Counted from the first letter of the stretch, positions 18,524 to 28,796 are shown. The stretch is 64,000 nt of DNA from an uncultured Burkholderiales bacterium (GCA_964548555.1 CAZJSY010000002.1:43568-107567); one strand, 5' to 3'. Numbers and translations: made by a program. Notes: generated from the letters alone by a model not told the origin.

Positions 18524-19348
18524 GTGCCCGAAACACTTCCGGTCGTCTCGTTCCTGAGCGACTACGGCCTCGACGACGAGTTCGTCGGTGTCTGCAAGGG
18601 TGTTCTGCTGTCGCTCGCGCCCCACGTCAGCGTGGTCGACATCACCCACAACATCCCACCGCACGACGTCCGCGCCGGCGCGCTCGCACTGGTGCGCGCT
18701 GTGCAGTATCTGCCCACCGGCGTGGTCCTCGCCGTGGTCGACCCGGGGGTTGGCACGGAACGGCGGACAGTGGCGGTACAGGTCGACGACGGCTACCTGG
18801 TCGGCCCCGACAACGGTCTGCTCGCACCGGCGACCGCGATGCTGGGCGGCGCCCGCCGCGCGGTGTCGTTGACGAGCGACGAGCACCAGCTCGCGGCGCC
18901 CGGGCCGACGTTCGCCGGCCGTGACGTCATGGCACCGGCCGCCGCCTACCTTGCCGCGGGGGTGCCGCTCAGGGACCTCGGCGAGGAGATCGACCCGGCC
19001 GGTCTCGTCCCCGGAATCGTCTCCCTGCCACGCGAGGAAGAGGGCGCACTCGTGGGCGAGGTGTGGTGGGTCGACCGGTTCGGGAACTGTCAGCTCAACA
19101 TCGGTCCCGACGAGCTGGTCGCGCACGGGGCGGCGCCCGGCGGCCCGGTGGAGCTGCGTTTCCGCGACGAGGTCCGCATGGCCCGATGGGTCGGCACCTA
19201 CGCGGAAGCCAGGCCGTCGGAGCTCGTGGTGCTGGTCGATTCCTACGGCTTGGTCTCCGTCGCGCTCGACCGCGCGTCGGCGGCCGAGGCATGCCGTCTC
19301 AAGGCCGGTGCCTCCGTGGCGGTGCGGGCGCCGTCGAGCGCGAACTGA
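18524..19348 (+). CDS. SAM hydroxide adenosyltransferase (DUF62, halogenase superfamily)
   Basis: FLSDYG, DITH, VVDPGVGT.R, GPDNG, TF.GRD, DRFGN. Confidence 0.88.
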   Translation: MPETLPVVSFLSDYGLDDEFVGVCKGVLLSLAPHVSVVDITHNIPPHDVRAGALALVRAVQYLPTGVVLAVVDPGVGTERRTVAVQVDDGYLVGPDNGLLAPATAMLGGARRAVSLTSDEHQLAAPGPTFAGRDVMAPAAAYLAAGVPLRDLGEEIDPAGLVPGIVSLPREEEGALVGEVWWVDRFGNCQLNIGPDELVAHGAAPGGPVELRFRDEVRMARWVGTYAEARPSELVVLVDSYGLVSVALDRASAAEACRLKAGASVAVRAPSSAN

Positions 19349-19394
19349 GCATCCCGAGGACGGGGATGACGCGGTTTGGCGTTACCCTGCGGCC

Positions 19395-19487
19395 ATGCGG
19401 CCCGGGACGACCATCGCCATCATCGCCCTCCTCGTGCTGATCCTCGGCGCCGCGATCCTGCAGTTCGTCTTCAAGGTCGGCGGTTGA
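19395..19487 (+). CDS. 30-aa single-pass membrane microprotein
   Basis: MRPGTTIAIIALLVLILGAAILQFVFKVGG; TACCCT -10 six nt before ATG. Confidence 0.6.
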   Translation: MRPGTTIAIIALLVLILGAAILQFVFKVGG

Positions 19488-19527
19488 CCCGAGGACCGTC
19501 GCTGTGCCTTCCGGCACAGCAGCGGAC

Positions 19528-20157
19528 TTACTGACCGTCGAGCGCGTGCAGCCGGCTGATCGCCCGCACCAATGACGCGGGCGGAGGCGGTGGCGGCGGA
19601 GGCGGCGGGGGCGGAGGTGGCGGCGGTGGCGGCGCCGGCGCGGCCACTGGTACCGGCGCGGACGGCTGGCTGCGTCGCGCCGAAGAAGTCGGGGTTCCGG
19701 TAGTAGCTGCAGGCGTGCTTGGGGCGGGCTGGGAGGCTAGTTGCATGAACTCCTCGGCGACGTACAACGTCCCGTTGGAGCTCACGACGCCCACACCCAC
19801 GTACCGGAACCCCGGATCTGTGAGATTTGCGTAGTGCGGTGGTGAGTTCACCAGCGCTTGATGGATGGCGCACACGCTGCCCCCCATCCCGACGTTCTCC
19901 CCCAGCCGCGACCACGGCTCCGAGATGCCCGAAGGGAGGTTGGAGTGCGAGATCGAGCCCGCCGCAGCCATGTGCGCGGCCCAGCCCTGTGCCTTCGCCG
20001 TCAGGTTGCCGTTGGTCGCGAGGGGTGGCAGCCCCTTGCCGGCGCGAAGCGAGTTGGTCGCCGAGACGAGATCGCAGTCGGCGTGCGCGGGCCCGGCGGG
20101 CAACGCGACCAGCGAGGTCGCGCCGAGCAGCACGGCCACCACGAAACGCCGAATCAC
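19528..20157 (-). CDS. Secreted CAP/SCP-domain protein with polyproline tail
   Basis: Signal peptide, N..RA..GL..L, ISHS, GENV, SPPHYAN, VGVGV; long Pro run. Confidence 0.85.
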   Translation of the reverse strand: MIRRFVVAVLLGATSLVALPAGPAHADCDLVSATNSLRAGKGLPPLATNGNLTAKAQGWAAHMAAAGSISHSNLPSGISEPWSRLGENVGMGGSVCAIHQALVNSPPHYANLTDPGFRYVGVGVVSSNGTLYVAEEFMQLASQPAPSTPAATTGTPTSSARRSQPSAPVPVAAPAPPPPPPPPPPPPPPPPPPASLVRAISRLHALDGQ

Positions 20158-20263
20158 CTCGCCTCCGCCTCCCGTACATCGCCCCTGCCTGACGCTCCAA
20201 CGACCACCCTGCGCCCGATCCCCGGTGCTGGAAGAGCGCCGGGCGTCTCTCGGGCCGTAGTAG

Positions 20264-20291
20264 CTATCGGGCGGTCATCGCCGCGCCTTGA
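20264..20291 (-). promoter_or_regulatory. sigma28/WhiG-like promoter for the CAP gene
   Basis: TCAAG-N15-CCCGATAG on minus strand. Confidence 0.5.
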
Positions 20292-20435
20292 GCGGGAACC
20301 TGCCGCGGAGCGTGATCAGTCTGGTGTTCCCGGCGCGCGGCCTGCCGAACCAGACGAACCCGAAGTTCCGCCGATCGCTACGATCCGGGGCCGACGGGCC
20401 CCGGAAATCGGCGGCCGACGACCCGGGAGCGGCCG

Positions 20436-21911
20436 GTGAACCTTGCGTCGTCCCTGCTCGCAGCGGTCTCCAGTGCACCCGAGCGCGTGGCCCTGCGCGG
20501 TCCTGTGCAGGTCACGTACGGTGAGCTTTCCGACCGCGTCGGCGCCCATGCCGGTGCCCTGCGCGCGGAGGTGGCGCCGGGCGAGAGGGTTGCGATCATC
20601 GCCGGCAACGACGACACGTTCGTCGTGGCGTACCTCGCCGTGCTCGCTGCAGGCGCAGTCGCGGTCCCGCTGAACCCGGCGGCGCCCGTCCCGGAGCTCG
20701 GACGCGAGGTCGCGCTGGTGGAACCGACCCTCGTGCTCTGCAGTCCGGCCGCGGGCCACCGGGAGCTTCCCGGCATCGACCCGTCGCGCGTGCGGATCCT
20801 CGGCGAGCTGCCGTCGCCCGCGTCGGAGGGCGAGGATCTGGCGCCCGTGGAGCGCGACGACCACGATGTCGCCGTACTGCTCTTCACGGCGGGCACGTCC
20901 GGCACGCCCAGGCCCGCGATGCTCACGCACGGGAACCTGCGCTCCAACATCGAGCAGGTGCAGTCGCATCCGTCGACGCGCCGCTCGGGTGACGACGTGG
21001 TGCTCGGCGTGCTGCCGTTCTTCCACATCTACGGGCTCAACGTCGTGATCGGCGTCGGCCTCTCGTCCGGCTCTTCGATCGTGCCGGTCACGCACTTCGA
21101 TCCCGTCGTGACCGCGCGCGTGGTCGCCGAAGAGCGCGTGACGGTGGTGCCGGCCGTTCCTGCGATCTTCCGGAGCTGGATCGACGCATCGCCCGAAGCC
21201 GTCCCCGCCGACGCGTTCGCCTCCGTGAGGCTCGCGGTGTCGGGCGCGGCGCCGTTGCCGGCCGAGGTCGGCGACGGCTTCCGCTCTCGCTTCGGTGTTG
21301 CGGTGCACGACGGGTACGGCCTCACCGAAACGTCGCCCGTCGTGACCACGAGCGCGGTCGACTCCGTCCCGCGGCCGGGCTCGATCGGCGCGCCGCTGCC
21401 GGGTATCGAGGTCCGCCTCGTCGACGTGCAGGGTACCGACGCGCTCGCGGGCGACCCGGGCGAGATCTGGGTCCGAGGTCCCAACGTGTTCGCCGGTTAC
21501 TGGAACGACCCGGCGACCACTGCAGCGGTTCTGGAGTCGGACGGGTGGTTGCGCACCGGCGACGTCGCGGTGGCCGACGACGACGGCTTCCTCCGTCTCG
21601 TCGACCGGATCAAGGACACGATCATCGTGTCGGGCTTCAACGTGTTTCCCGCAGAGGTCGAAGACGCGATCCGCAGCCATCCGGAGGTGGCCGAGGTCGC
21701 GGTCGTCGGCAGCCCCGACGATCGCACCGGCGAGCGCGTGAAGGCCTACGTCGTGCCCGAGGCGGGCGCCATGCCGGGCCTCGTCGACATCCAGACGTGG
21801 TGCCGCGAGCGGCTGGCCCGCTACAAGTGCCCCGTCGAGGTCGAGCTGGTCGCGAGCCTCCCCGTCGGTCTGGCAGGGAAGGTTCTGCGGCGCGGTCTCA
21901 GGAGCCGATGA
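20436..21911 (+). CDS. Long-chain acyl-CoA synthetase
   Basis: FTAGTSG.PR, GYGLTE, GWLRTGD, SGFNV.PAEVE, GKV. Confidence 0.9.
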   Translation: MNLASSLLAAVSSAPERVALRGPVQVTYGELSDRVGAHAGALRAEVAPGERVAIIAGNDDTFVVAYLAVLAAGAVAVPLNPAAPVPELGREVALVEPTLVLCSPAAGHRELPGIDPSRVRILGELPSPASEGEDLAPVERDDHDVAVLLFTAGTSGTPRPAMLTHGNLRSNIEQVQSHPSTRRSGDDVVLGVLPFFHIYGLNVVIGVGLSSGSSIVPVTHFDPVVTARVVAEERVTVVPAVPAIFRSWIDASPEAVPADAFASVRLAVSGAAPLPAEVGDGFRSRFGVAVHDGYGLTETSPVVTTSAVDSVPRPGSIGAPLPGIEVRLVDVQGTDALAGDPGEIWVRGPNVFAGYWNDPATTAAVLESDGWLRTGDVAVADDDGFLRLVDRIKDTIIVSGFNVFPAEVEDAIRSHPEVAEVAVVGSPDDRTGERVKAYVVPEAGAMPGLVDIQTWCRERLARYKCPVEVELVASLPVGLAGKVLRRGLRSR

Positions 21912-22650
21912 CCGGCGCCGGTCCCGACTCGTGCCGGCCGGGATCTCCGGTCGGCGCCGTCGTCAGCCGGCGTTCCTGCGCCCCAGGACGGCTCGCCACG
22001 AGGAACCCGCAATAGATCACCGAGATGCCCGCGGCGAGCGAGAGCGCGAAGGCCTCGTCGTGCCCGACCACGCCTTCCACCAGCCCCCCGGCCGAGAGCA
22101 CCAGCGTCCCCGCGGCGATGAGCGCGTTTGCCGCGGCCATCCGGCGGCTGCCGGTGCGCTCGCGTGCTCGGAGGAAGCGCGTCATCGACCATGCCGCGCC
22201 TGCGAAGACCACGATGGCGCCGGCACCGCTGCCGGCTGCGGCGAGCACACGCGGGAGTACGCCGAACACGTCCTTGCCGACGGGAATGGTGTCGCCGGCG
22301 ACCGGGTGCATGGGCGCCGTGAGCATCACACCCGCGGCGAATCCACTGAAGCCGACGAGGAACCACTGCACCCGCCGGCCGATGGCGGGGGCGGCGAGGA
22401 GAAAGACGGTCCCGAGCGCCAACCAGGGCACGTCGAGGATCGCGCCCATCAAATAGAAGAAGCGGAACGTTCCTCGGTCCCAGCCGGTCGTCGATCCCGA
22501 GGCCAGCGCCACCGAGGCGAGCGCGAACATCGACAGCGCAACGGTCCACGCCAGCTCGTGGGGCTTCCGGCGCTGGGTGTAGCGGACGAGCGTCGCCTGT
22601 GCGAACAGCGACGAGACTGCGGTGGCGAGGAACGCGAGGCCGGCGACCAT
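21898..22650 (-). CDS. Polytopic membrane protein (about 7 TM) divergent from rex
   Basis: Hydrophobic ORF from MVAGLAFLAT; FR.FYL.GAIL.VPWLA.G. Confidence 0.75.
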   Translation of the reverse strand: MVAGLAFLATAVSSLFAQATLVRYTQRRKPHELAWTVALSMFALASVALASGSTTGWDRGTFRFFYLMGAILDVPWLALGTVFLLAAPAIGRRVQWFLVGFSGFAAGVMLTAPMHPVAGDTIPVGKDVFGVLPRVLAAAGSGAGAIVVFAGAAWSMTRFLRARERTGSRRMAAANALIAAGTLVLSAGGLVEGVVGHDEAFALSLAAGISVIYCGFLVASRPGAQERRLTTAPTGDPGRHESGPAPVIGS

Positions 22651-22700
22651 GGCGCGTTCGAGCGTAGGTCGCGCCCGGCCGCTCGAGGCTGCCGGACCGC

Positions 22701-22718
22701 TTGTGACCGAGTGCACAA
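22701..22718. promoter_or_regulatory. Rex operator
   Basis: TTGTGAC-CGAG-TGCACAA versus consensus TTGTGAA-N4-TTCACAA, directly upstream of rex. Confidence 0.8.
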
Positions 22719-22779
22719 GGAGGGCTAGGCTGCTGCCCGGTGGCCCTGTACCGGGGCCGGACCGAGGAGCGCAGCGATC

Positions 22780-23502
22780 GTGCCCGACCGTGCGGACGGT
22801 GATCTTTCGGGCACGCCCCGCCGGATCCCGGAGGCGACGGTCGCCCGTCTGCCGCTCTACTACCGGGCACTGGTCGAGGTCGCCGAACACCGGATCACCA
22901 CCGTCTCGTCGGAACGCCTCGCCGAGCTCGCCGGCGTCAACGCCGCGAAAGTGCGCAAGGACCTGTCGTACCTGGGCTCCTACGGCACCCGGGGAGTCGG
23001 CTATGACGTCGAGTTCCTGCTCCACCAGATCTCGCGCGAGCTCGGCCTCACCCGCGACTGGCCCGTCGCCATCGTCGGCGTGGGAAACCTCGGGCAGGCC
23101 CTTGCCAACTACAAGGGCTTCGGCGCCCGCGGCTTTCGCATCGCCGCCCTCGTCGACGCCGATGCCGACAAGGTCGGTCGCGAGGTCGACGGTCTCACGA
23201 TCGAGTCCATCGAGGCCCTTCCCGAGATCGTGGCGAAACGCCAGATCACCATCGGAATGATCGCGACGCCCGCGCACGTTGCTCAGGACGTGGCCGATCA
23301 GCTCGTCGCAGCCGGGGTGCGCTCCATCCTGAACTTCGCTCCCGCGGTGGTCGCCGTTCCCGATGGCGTCTCCATGCGCAAGGTCGACCTCGCGACCGAG
23401 CTGCAGATCCTGTCCTTCTACCAACTGCGCAAGGGCGGCCCCGTCCGGCGGCGCGACTCGCTCGACGTCGACGACGACCTGCAAGAAGGCATCGTCGGTT
23501 GA
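22780..23502 (+). CDS. rex: Redox-sensing repressor Rex
   Basis: IPEATVARLPLY, RKDLSYLGSYGTRGVGY, GVGNLG, ILNFAP. Confidence 0.96.
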   Translation: MPDRADGDLSGTPRRIPEATVARLPLYYRALVEVAEHRITTVSSERLAELAGVNAAKVRKDLSYLGSYGTRGVGYDVEFLLHQISRELGLTRDWPVAIVGVGNLGQALANYKGFGARGFRIAALVDADADKVGREVDGLTIESIEALPEIVAKRQITIGMIATPAHVAQDVADQLVAAGVRSILNFAPAVVAVPDGVSMRKVDLATELQILSFYQLRKGGPVRRRDSLDVDDDLQEGIVG

Positions 23503-24128
23503 GCGGGGTCGGTCACGGCTATCCGGTGAACTTGCTGGTAGCCGGTCGGCGGTGCGTGGTCGTCGGCGGGGGCCGTATCGCGGCCCGCAAGGTCGAAGGG
23601 CTTCTCGACGCGGGCGCCCGGGTGCATGTCGTGGCGCCCGAGCTCGTGCCCGAGCTCGAAGACCTGCGCGACCGGGCCGCGATCACGGTCGCGCCGCGCG
23701 GGTTCGAGCCGGCCGATCTCGACGGGGCGTGGCTCGCGACGACCGCCACCGGCGATCCCGAAGTCGACCACGCGGTCTACGAAGCCGGGTCGAAGCGTCG
23801 GGTGTGGGTCAACTCCGCCGACGATCCGGCGAATTGCTCCTTCACCCTCATGTCCGTCGTGCGCCGCGGCGACATCGTCGTCACGGTCGGCACCAACGGC
23901 CGCAGCCCCGCCCTCGCGACGTGGTTGCGCGATCACGTGCGTGACGAGATGGGTCCGGAGTACGAGAAACTGTTGGAGGTGCTGTCGGAAGCGCGAGAAG
24001 CGATGCGGACGGCCGGTCGTTCGAGCGAGACCGCCGATTGGCGGAAGGCATTCGATTCCGGCATCCTCGACCTGATCCGCGGTGGCCGGATCCCCGAGGC
24101 GAAGGAGCTGCTCCGGGCGTGTCTGTGA
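23499..24128 (+). CDS. Precorrin-2 dehydrogenase/sirohydrochlorin ferrochelatase (SirC/CysG-N)
   Basis: VVGGG.IA.RK, VNSADDP..C.F, TNGRSP. Confidence 0.88.
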   Translation: MSGVGHGYPVNLLVAGRRCVVVGGGRIAARKVEGLLDAGARVHVVAPELVPELEDLRDRAAITVAPRGFEPADLDGAWLATTATGDPEVDHAVYEAGSKRRVWVNSADDPANCSFTLMSVVRRGDIVVTVGTNGRSPALATWLRDHVRDEMGPEYEKLLEVLSEAREAMRTAGRSSETADWRKAFDSGILDLIRGGRIPEAKELLRACL

Positions 24129-25408
24129 TCGTGGTGGGAATGAACCACCGGACCGCTCCGGTGGAGCTACTGGAGCGTGTTGCGGTACCGGCTGGCGGTC
24201 TCGTCAAGGCCCTGCACGCGCTGCGCGTGCGTGAGCATCTCGCCGAGATCGTGCTGTTGTCGACGTGCAACCGCACCGAGGTCTACGCGCGCACCACGCT
24301 CTTCCACCCCGCTGTCCAAGACGTGCGCGACTTCCTGGCCGCGCACGCGTCGATCGAACCCGACGATCTGGGCGAGCACCTCTACACGTACCACGACGAC
24401 GCCGCGGTGGCGCACCTGTTCGGAGTCGCGGCCGGAGTCGACTCGATGATCGTCGGCGAAGGCGAGATCCTTGGTCAGGTACGCCAGGCGTGGCGCGCGG
24501 CGGAGCACGAGGGCACTGCGGGCCAAGTGCTGTCGCGGATCTTCCGTCACGCGGTGGAGGTGGGGAAGCGGTCGCGTACCGAGACCGAGATCGGCCGGCA
24601 CGCGGTGTCGGTGTCGTCGGCGGCCGTCGCGCTGGCCGCCCAGCGCCTCGGCTCGCTCGAACGACGCCGCGTGCTGGTGCTGGGCGCGGGCGACGTCGGC
24701 GAGGGAATGGCGATCGCGCTCGCCGGTGCCGGAGCCGACGAGATCGTGGTCGCGAACCGCACCGCATCACGTGCCCGCGACCTGGCCCGCCGGGTCGGCG
24801 GTCGTTCGATCGCATTGGGTGAAGTCGCCGACGAGCTCGTGCGTGCCGACGTCCTCCTCACGTCCACGGGCGCGTCCGACATCGTGATCGAGCGGTCCGA
24901 CATCGAGACCGTGATGCAACGTCGCGACGGACGCGCCCTGCTGATCGTCGACGTGGCGATGCCGCGCGATGTGGACCCGGGTGTCAAGCAGGTCTTCGGC
25001 GTGATGCTGCTCGACATGGAGGACATGAAGGCGTTCGCGCTGCACTCGCTCGAACAGCGCCAGCGCGAGGTCGGGCGTGTCCGTTCCATCCTTGCCGACG
25101 AGCTGGACCGCTTCCGCGGCGAACGCAGCGCCCGCGAGGTCGCGCCGTTGGTCACGGCGTTGCGCGGACGGGCCGAGGAGATTCGCCTCGCCGAGCTCGA
25201 ACGCTTCCGCTCGCGACTCGGTGATCTCGACCCTTCGACGCGCCAAGCGGTCGAGGCGCTCACGAGCGGCATCGTCAACAAGCTGTTGCACGACCCCACC
25301 GTGCGCGTGAAGGACGCCGCCGGCACACCCCGCGGCGAGCTCTTCACGGACGCGCTCACCGAGCTGTTCTCTCTGGGCGAGTCTCGGAACGACCGCGACA
25401 CGACGTGA
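24119..25408 (+). CDS. hemA: Glutamyl-tRNA reductase
   Basis: NHRTAP, STCNRTE, DSMIVGE.EILGQV, D.A.PRD. Confidence 0.95.
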   Translation: MSVIVVGMNHRTAPVELLERVAVPAGGLVKALHALRVREHLAEIVLLSTCNRTEVYARTTLFHPAVQDVRDFLAAHASIEPDDLGEHLYTYHDDAAVAHLFGVAAGVDSMIVGEGEILGQVRQAWRAAEHEGTAGQVLSRIFRHAVEVGKRSRTETEIGRHAVSVSSAAVALAAQRLGSLERRRVLVLGAGDVGEGMAIALAGAGADEIVVANRTASRARDLARRVGGRSIALGEVADELVRADVLLTSTGASDIVIERSDIETVMQRRDGRALLIVDVAMPRDVDPGVKQVFGVMLLDMEDMKAFALHSLEQRQREVGRVRSILADELDRFRGERSAREVAPLVTALRGRAEEIRLAELERFRSRLGDLDPSTRQAVEALTSGIVNKLLHDPTVRVKDAAGTPRGELFTDALTELFSLGESRNDRDTT

Positions 25409-26298
25409 GCACCGCGCCGCTGCGCCTCGCCACGCGGGGGAGCGAGCTGGCGCGATGGCAGGCCGAACGTGTCGGCACGCTCATCGGCGCGCCGTACGAG
25501 CTCGTCATCGTCTCCACGACCGGTGACCGTCGGCGTGATGTGCCGATCCACACGCTCGGTGGAACCGCCGCGTTCGTGAAGGAGGTCGAAGAGGCCGTCC
25601 TCGACGGGCGCGCAGACCTCGCCGTGCACTCCGCCAAGGACCTGCCGTCCACGACGATCGACGGTCTCGTGCTCGCGGCGGTGCCCGAACGTGCCGACAG
25701 TCGGGACGCGCTCGTCGGCGCCACGCTGGAGTCGTTACCGACCGGTGCCCGCGTCGGAACGGGATCGGTTCGCCGGCGCGCACAGCTCGGCGCGTTGCGG
25801 CCCGACCTGACGTTCGGAGAGCTGCGCGGCAACATTCCCACTCGTCTCGCGCGGGCGTCCGACTTCGACGCGATCGTGGTCGCGTTTGCGGCACTGTTGC
25901 GCCTTGGCCTCGACGCCCACGTGGCGGAGGTGCTCGACGTGTCGGTGTTGTTGCCTCAAGTCGCGCAAGGAGCGCTGGCGGTGGAGTGTCGTGCCGACGA
26001 CGAATCGACGCGTGCTGTCCTACGGCGCATCGACGACGAGAAGGCGCGACGTACCGTCGAGGCGGAGCGCGCGTTTCTCAACGAGCTCGGTGGAGGATGC
26101 AACCTGCCGTGTGGCGCGCACGCGTCACCTCTTGCCGACGGTGTCATCGAGCTCACCGCGTTGCTGGCGTCGCTCGACGGACGGGTCGTGCTGCGCACCG
26201 AGGGGCGCGGGGCGCATCCGCACGACCTGGGCGTCGCCGTCGCGCAGCGCCTGCTGTTCGACTGCGGCGGCGCCACGCTCCTCGACGATGCGGCGTGA
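25405..26298 (+). CDS. hemC: Hydroxymethylbilane synthase
   Basis: ATRGS.LA, TTGD, VHSAKD, RGNI.TR, GGGC. Confidence 0.95.
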   Translation: MSTAPLRLATRGSELARWQAERVGTLIGAPYELVIVSTTGDRRRDVPIHTLGGTAAFVKEVEEAVLDGRADLAVHSAKDLPSTTIDGLVLAAVPERADSRDALVGATLESLPTGARVGTGSVRRRAQLGALRPDLTFGELRGNIPTRLARASDFDAIVVAFAALLRLGLDAHVAEVLDVSVLLPQVAQGALAVECRADDESTRAVLRRIDDEKARRTVEAERAFLNELGGGCNLPCGAHASPLADGVIELTALLASLDGRVVLRTEGRGAHPHDLGVAVAQRLLFDCGGATLLDDAA

Positions 26299-26302
26299 TG
26301 TC

Positions 26303-27799
26303 GTGACCGTCTTTCTCGTCGGCGCGGGCCCCGGCGACCCGGGGTTGCTCACGGTTCGAGGCGCACACCTTCTGCGCACCGCGGACGTGGTGGTGCACGA
26401 CCGGCTGGCTTCGCGAGCGGTGCTCGACCTCGCGCCGCAGGGCGCGCGTCGCATCAGCGTCGGCAAGGCACCCGGGCAGGTCGAGATGTCGCAGGACGAC
26501 ATCAACGCGTTGCTCGTCGAGGAGGGCCGAACCGGCCGTCGCGTCGTGCGGCTCAAGGGCGGCGATCCGTTCGTGTTCGGCCGGGGAGGCGAAGAGGCCG
26601 AGGCGCTCGCCGCGGCGGGTATCCCCTTCGAGATCGTCCCCGGCATAACGAGCGCGATCGCCGCGCCGGCGTACGCGGGCATTCCGGTGACGCACCGCGG
26701 GGTGAGCACCCACTTCACCGTCGTGACGGGGCACGAGGACCCGGCGAAGGGCCGCACCGACGTCGACTGGGAGACGTTGGCGCGTGCCGGGGGCACATTG
26801 ATCATCCTCATGGGTGTCGGCAACCTTGCGGGGATCACGGAACGACTGATCGCGGGTGGGCTGTCGCCCGACACGCCGGTCGCCGCGATCCGTTACGGAA
26901 CCCGGCCCGACCAGGAGAGCCTCCGCGCAACGCTCGCGACCGTCACCAAGCTCGACGTGCGCGCGCCGTCGGCGCTCGTCGTGGGCGCGGCGGCGGCTCT
27001 GGAGTTGCACTGGTTCGAGAGCCGCCCCCTGTTCGGCCGGCGCGTGGTGGTAACCAGAGCGCGCGAGCAGGCCAGCGAGCTCCGCGACCGGCTGGAACAG
27101 CTCGGTGCCGAGGTGCTCGAGCTGCCGACCATCGCGATCGAGCCCCTCGACGTCGTGCTGCCGCCGCTCCACGACTACGAGTGGCTCGTGCTCACGTCGG
27201 TCAACGGCGTCGCCGCGTTGTTCGATCGAGGGCTCGCATCTGCGGGGCTCGATGCCCGGGCCCTCGGCGGGCTGAAGGTGGCGGCAATCGGCCCGGGTAC
27301 CGCGGCTGCGCTCGCGGCCCGGGGCATCCGGGCCGATCTCGTCCCCGAGCGCTTCGTCGCCGAGGCCCTCGTCGACGCCTTCCCCCGTCGCGCCGAATCG
27401 ACGGCCGAATCGGCGCGACGGTACCCGAAGGTGCTGGTTGCACGGGCCGAGCAGGCTCGTGACGCGCTCCCCGAGGGCCTGCGCACCCGCGGCTATGACG
27501 TCGACGTCCTGCCGCTTTATCGCACGGTCCCGGCCGAGCCCGACCCCGCGCAACTGGCCGCCGTGCAGCGCGGCGACATCGACGCCGTCACCTTCACCTC
27601 CTCGTCGACCGTGGCCAACTTCCACCACCTCGTCGGAAGGTTGCCGGACCCGCAGCCACTGGTCGTCTCGATCGGTCCCGTCACCTCCAACACGGCCCGC
27701 GAGCGCGGTCTTCGGGTCGACGTCGAGGCCTCCGAGCACACCATCGACGGGCTGGTACGAACGCTCGTCGACGCGCTGGTGGCCCGACCCCGCAGGTAG
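26303..27799 (+). CDS. cobA/hemD: Uroporphyrinogen-III C-methyltransferase / uroporphyrinogen-III synthase fusion
   Basis: GAGPGDP, LKGGDPFVFGRGGEE, then VTR..EQ, TS.NG, FTSSST. Confidence 0.93.
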   Translation: MTVFLVGAGPGDPGLLTVRGAHLLRTADVVVHDRLASRAVLDLAPQGARRISVGKAPGQVEMSQDDINALLVEEGRTGRRVVRLKGGDPFVFGRGGEEAEALAAAGIPFEIVPGITSAIAAPAYAGIPVTHRGVSTHFTVVTGHEDPAKGRTDVDWETLARAGGTLIILMGVGNLAGITERLIAGGLSPDTPVAAIRYGTRPDQESLRATLATVTKLDVRAPSALVVGAAAALELHWFESRPLFGRRVVVTRAREQASELRDRLEQLGAEVLELPTIAIEPLDVVLPPLHDYEWLVLTSVNGVAALFDRGLASAGLDARALGGLKVAAIGPGTAAALAARGIRADLVPERFVAEALVDAFPRRAESTAESARRYPKVLVARAEQARDALPEGLRTRGYDVDVLPLYRTVPAEPDPAQLAAVQRGDIDAVTFTSSSTVANFHHLVGRLPDPQPLVVSIGPVTSNTARERGLRVDVEASEHTIDGLVRTLVDALVARPRR

Positions 27800-27812
27800 C
27801 ATCGAAGGTCCC

Positions 27813-28796
27813 ATGGCGTTCCCCGAGCATCGGCCCCGCCGGCTGCGGCGAACTCCGGCGCTACGGCGCCTCGTCGCCGAGACCAGCCTCTCCGTCGACG
27901 ATCTCGTCGCGCCGCTGTTCGTGAAGGACGGCATCACCGAGCCCGAGCCGGTCCCGTCGATGCCCGGCGTCGTGCAGCACACGCAGGAGAGCCTCCGCAA
28001 GGAGGTACGGGCGCTCGCCGACCTCGGGATCCCCGGCATCGTCCTGTTCGGGGTGCCCTCGGTGAAGGACCCGACCGGGTCGCAGGCCGACGCACACGAC
28101 GGCGTGGTCCAGCTCGCGTTGCGCAACCTGCGTGACGAGATCGACGACTCGCTCGTGCTCATCACTGACGACTGCCTCGACGAGTACACCGACCACGGCC
28201 ACTGCGGTCTGCTCGACGACTCGGGCGAGATCGACAACGACGCGACCTTGGAACGGTATGCAGCTATCGCCGTTGCGCAGGCCGAGGCCGGGGCCGACGT
28301 CGTCGCGCCGTCCGGAATGATGGACGGACAGGTCGCCGCGATCCGCGCCGCGCTCGACGAGTCCGGCCACACCGATGTCGCGATCCTGGCCTACAGCGCG
28401 AAGTACGCGTCGGCGCTCTACGGCCCGTTCCGCGACGCGGCCGAGTGCGCGCCGCGCTTCGGCGATCGTCGTGGCTATCAGATGGATCCGGCGAACACCC
28501 GTGAAGCCGTCGCCGAGACCGGGCTCGACATCGACGAAGGCGCCGACATCGTGATGGTCAAGCCCGCGCTCGCGTATCTCGACGTGATCGCCGGACTTCG
28601 CCGTTCGTTCGACGTTCCCGTCGCCGCGTACCACGTCAGCGGTGAGTACTCGATGCTCAAGGCCGCCGCGGCGAACGGATGGATCGACGGTGAAGCGGTC
28701 GCCCGTGAGCACCTGCTCGCGATGAAGCGCGCGGGTGCCGACTTTTTGCTGACGTATCTCGCGCGCGAGTTCGCCGAGTCGCTCCGGTCGTCTTGA
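27813..28796 (+). CDS. hemB: Porphobilinogen synthase
   Basis: CLDEYTDHGHCG, APSGMMDG, YGPFRDAA, MVKPA, VSGEY. Confidence 0.96.
   Translation: MAFPEHRPRRLRRTPALRRLVAETSLSVDDLVAPLFVKDGITEPEPVPSMPGVVQHTQESLRKEVRALADLGIPGIVLFGVPSVKDPTGSQADAHDGVVQLALRNLRDEIDDSLVLITDDCLDEYTDHGHCGLLDDSGEIDNDATLERYAAIAVAQAEAGADVVAPSGMMDGQVAAIRAALDESGHTDVAILAYSAKYASALYGPFRDAAECAPRFGDRRGYQMDPANTREAVAETGLDIDEGADIVMVKPALAYLDVIAGLRRSFDVPVAAYHVSGEYSMLKAAAANGWIDGEAVAREHLLAMKRAGADFLLTYLAREFAESLRSS

Noticed and set aside
18524-19348. Fluorinase/chlorinase
   Set aside because: No biosynthetic context; the widespread DUF62 hydrolase is more likely, although TFAGRD lacks the usual His
19580-19636. GGC/GGN repeat tract
   Set aside because: Encodes the polyproline linker of the CAP protein
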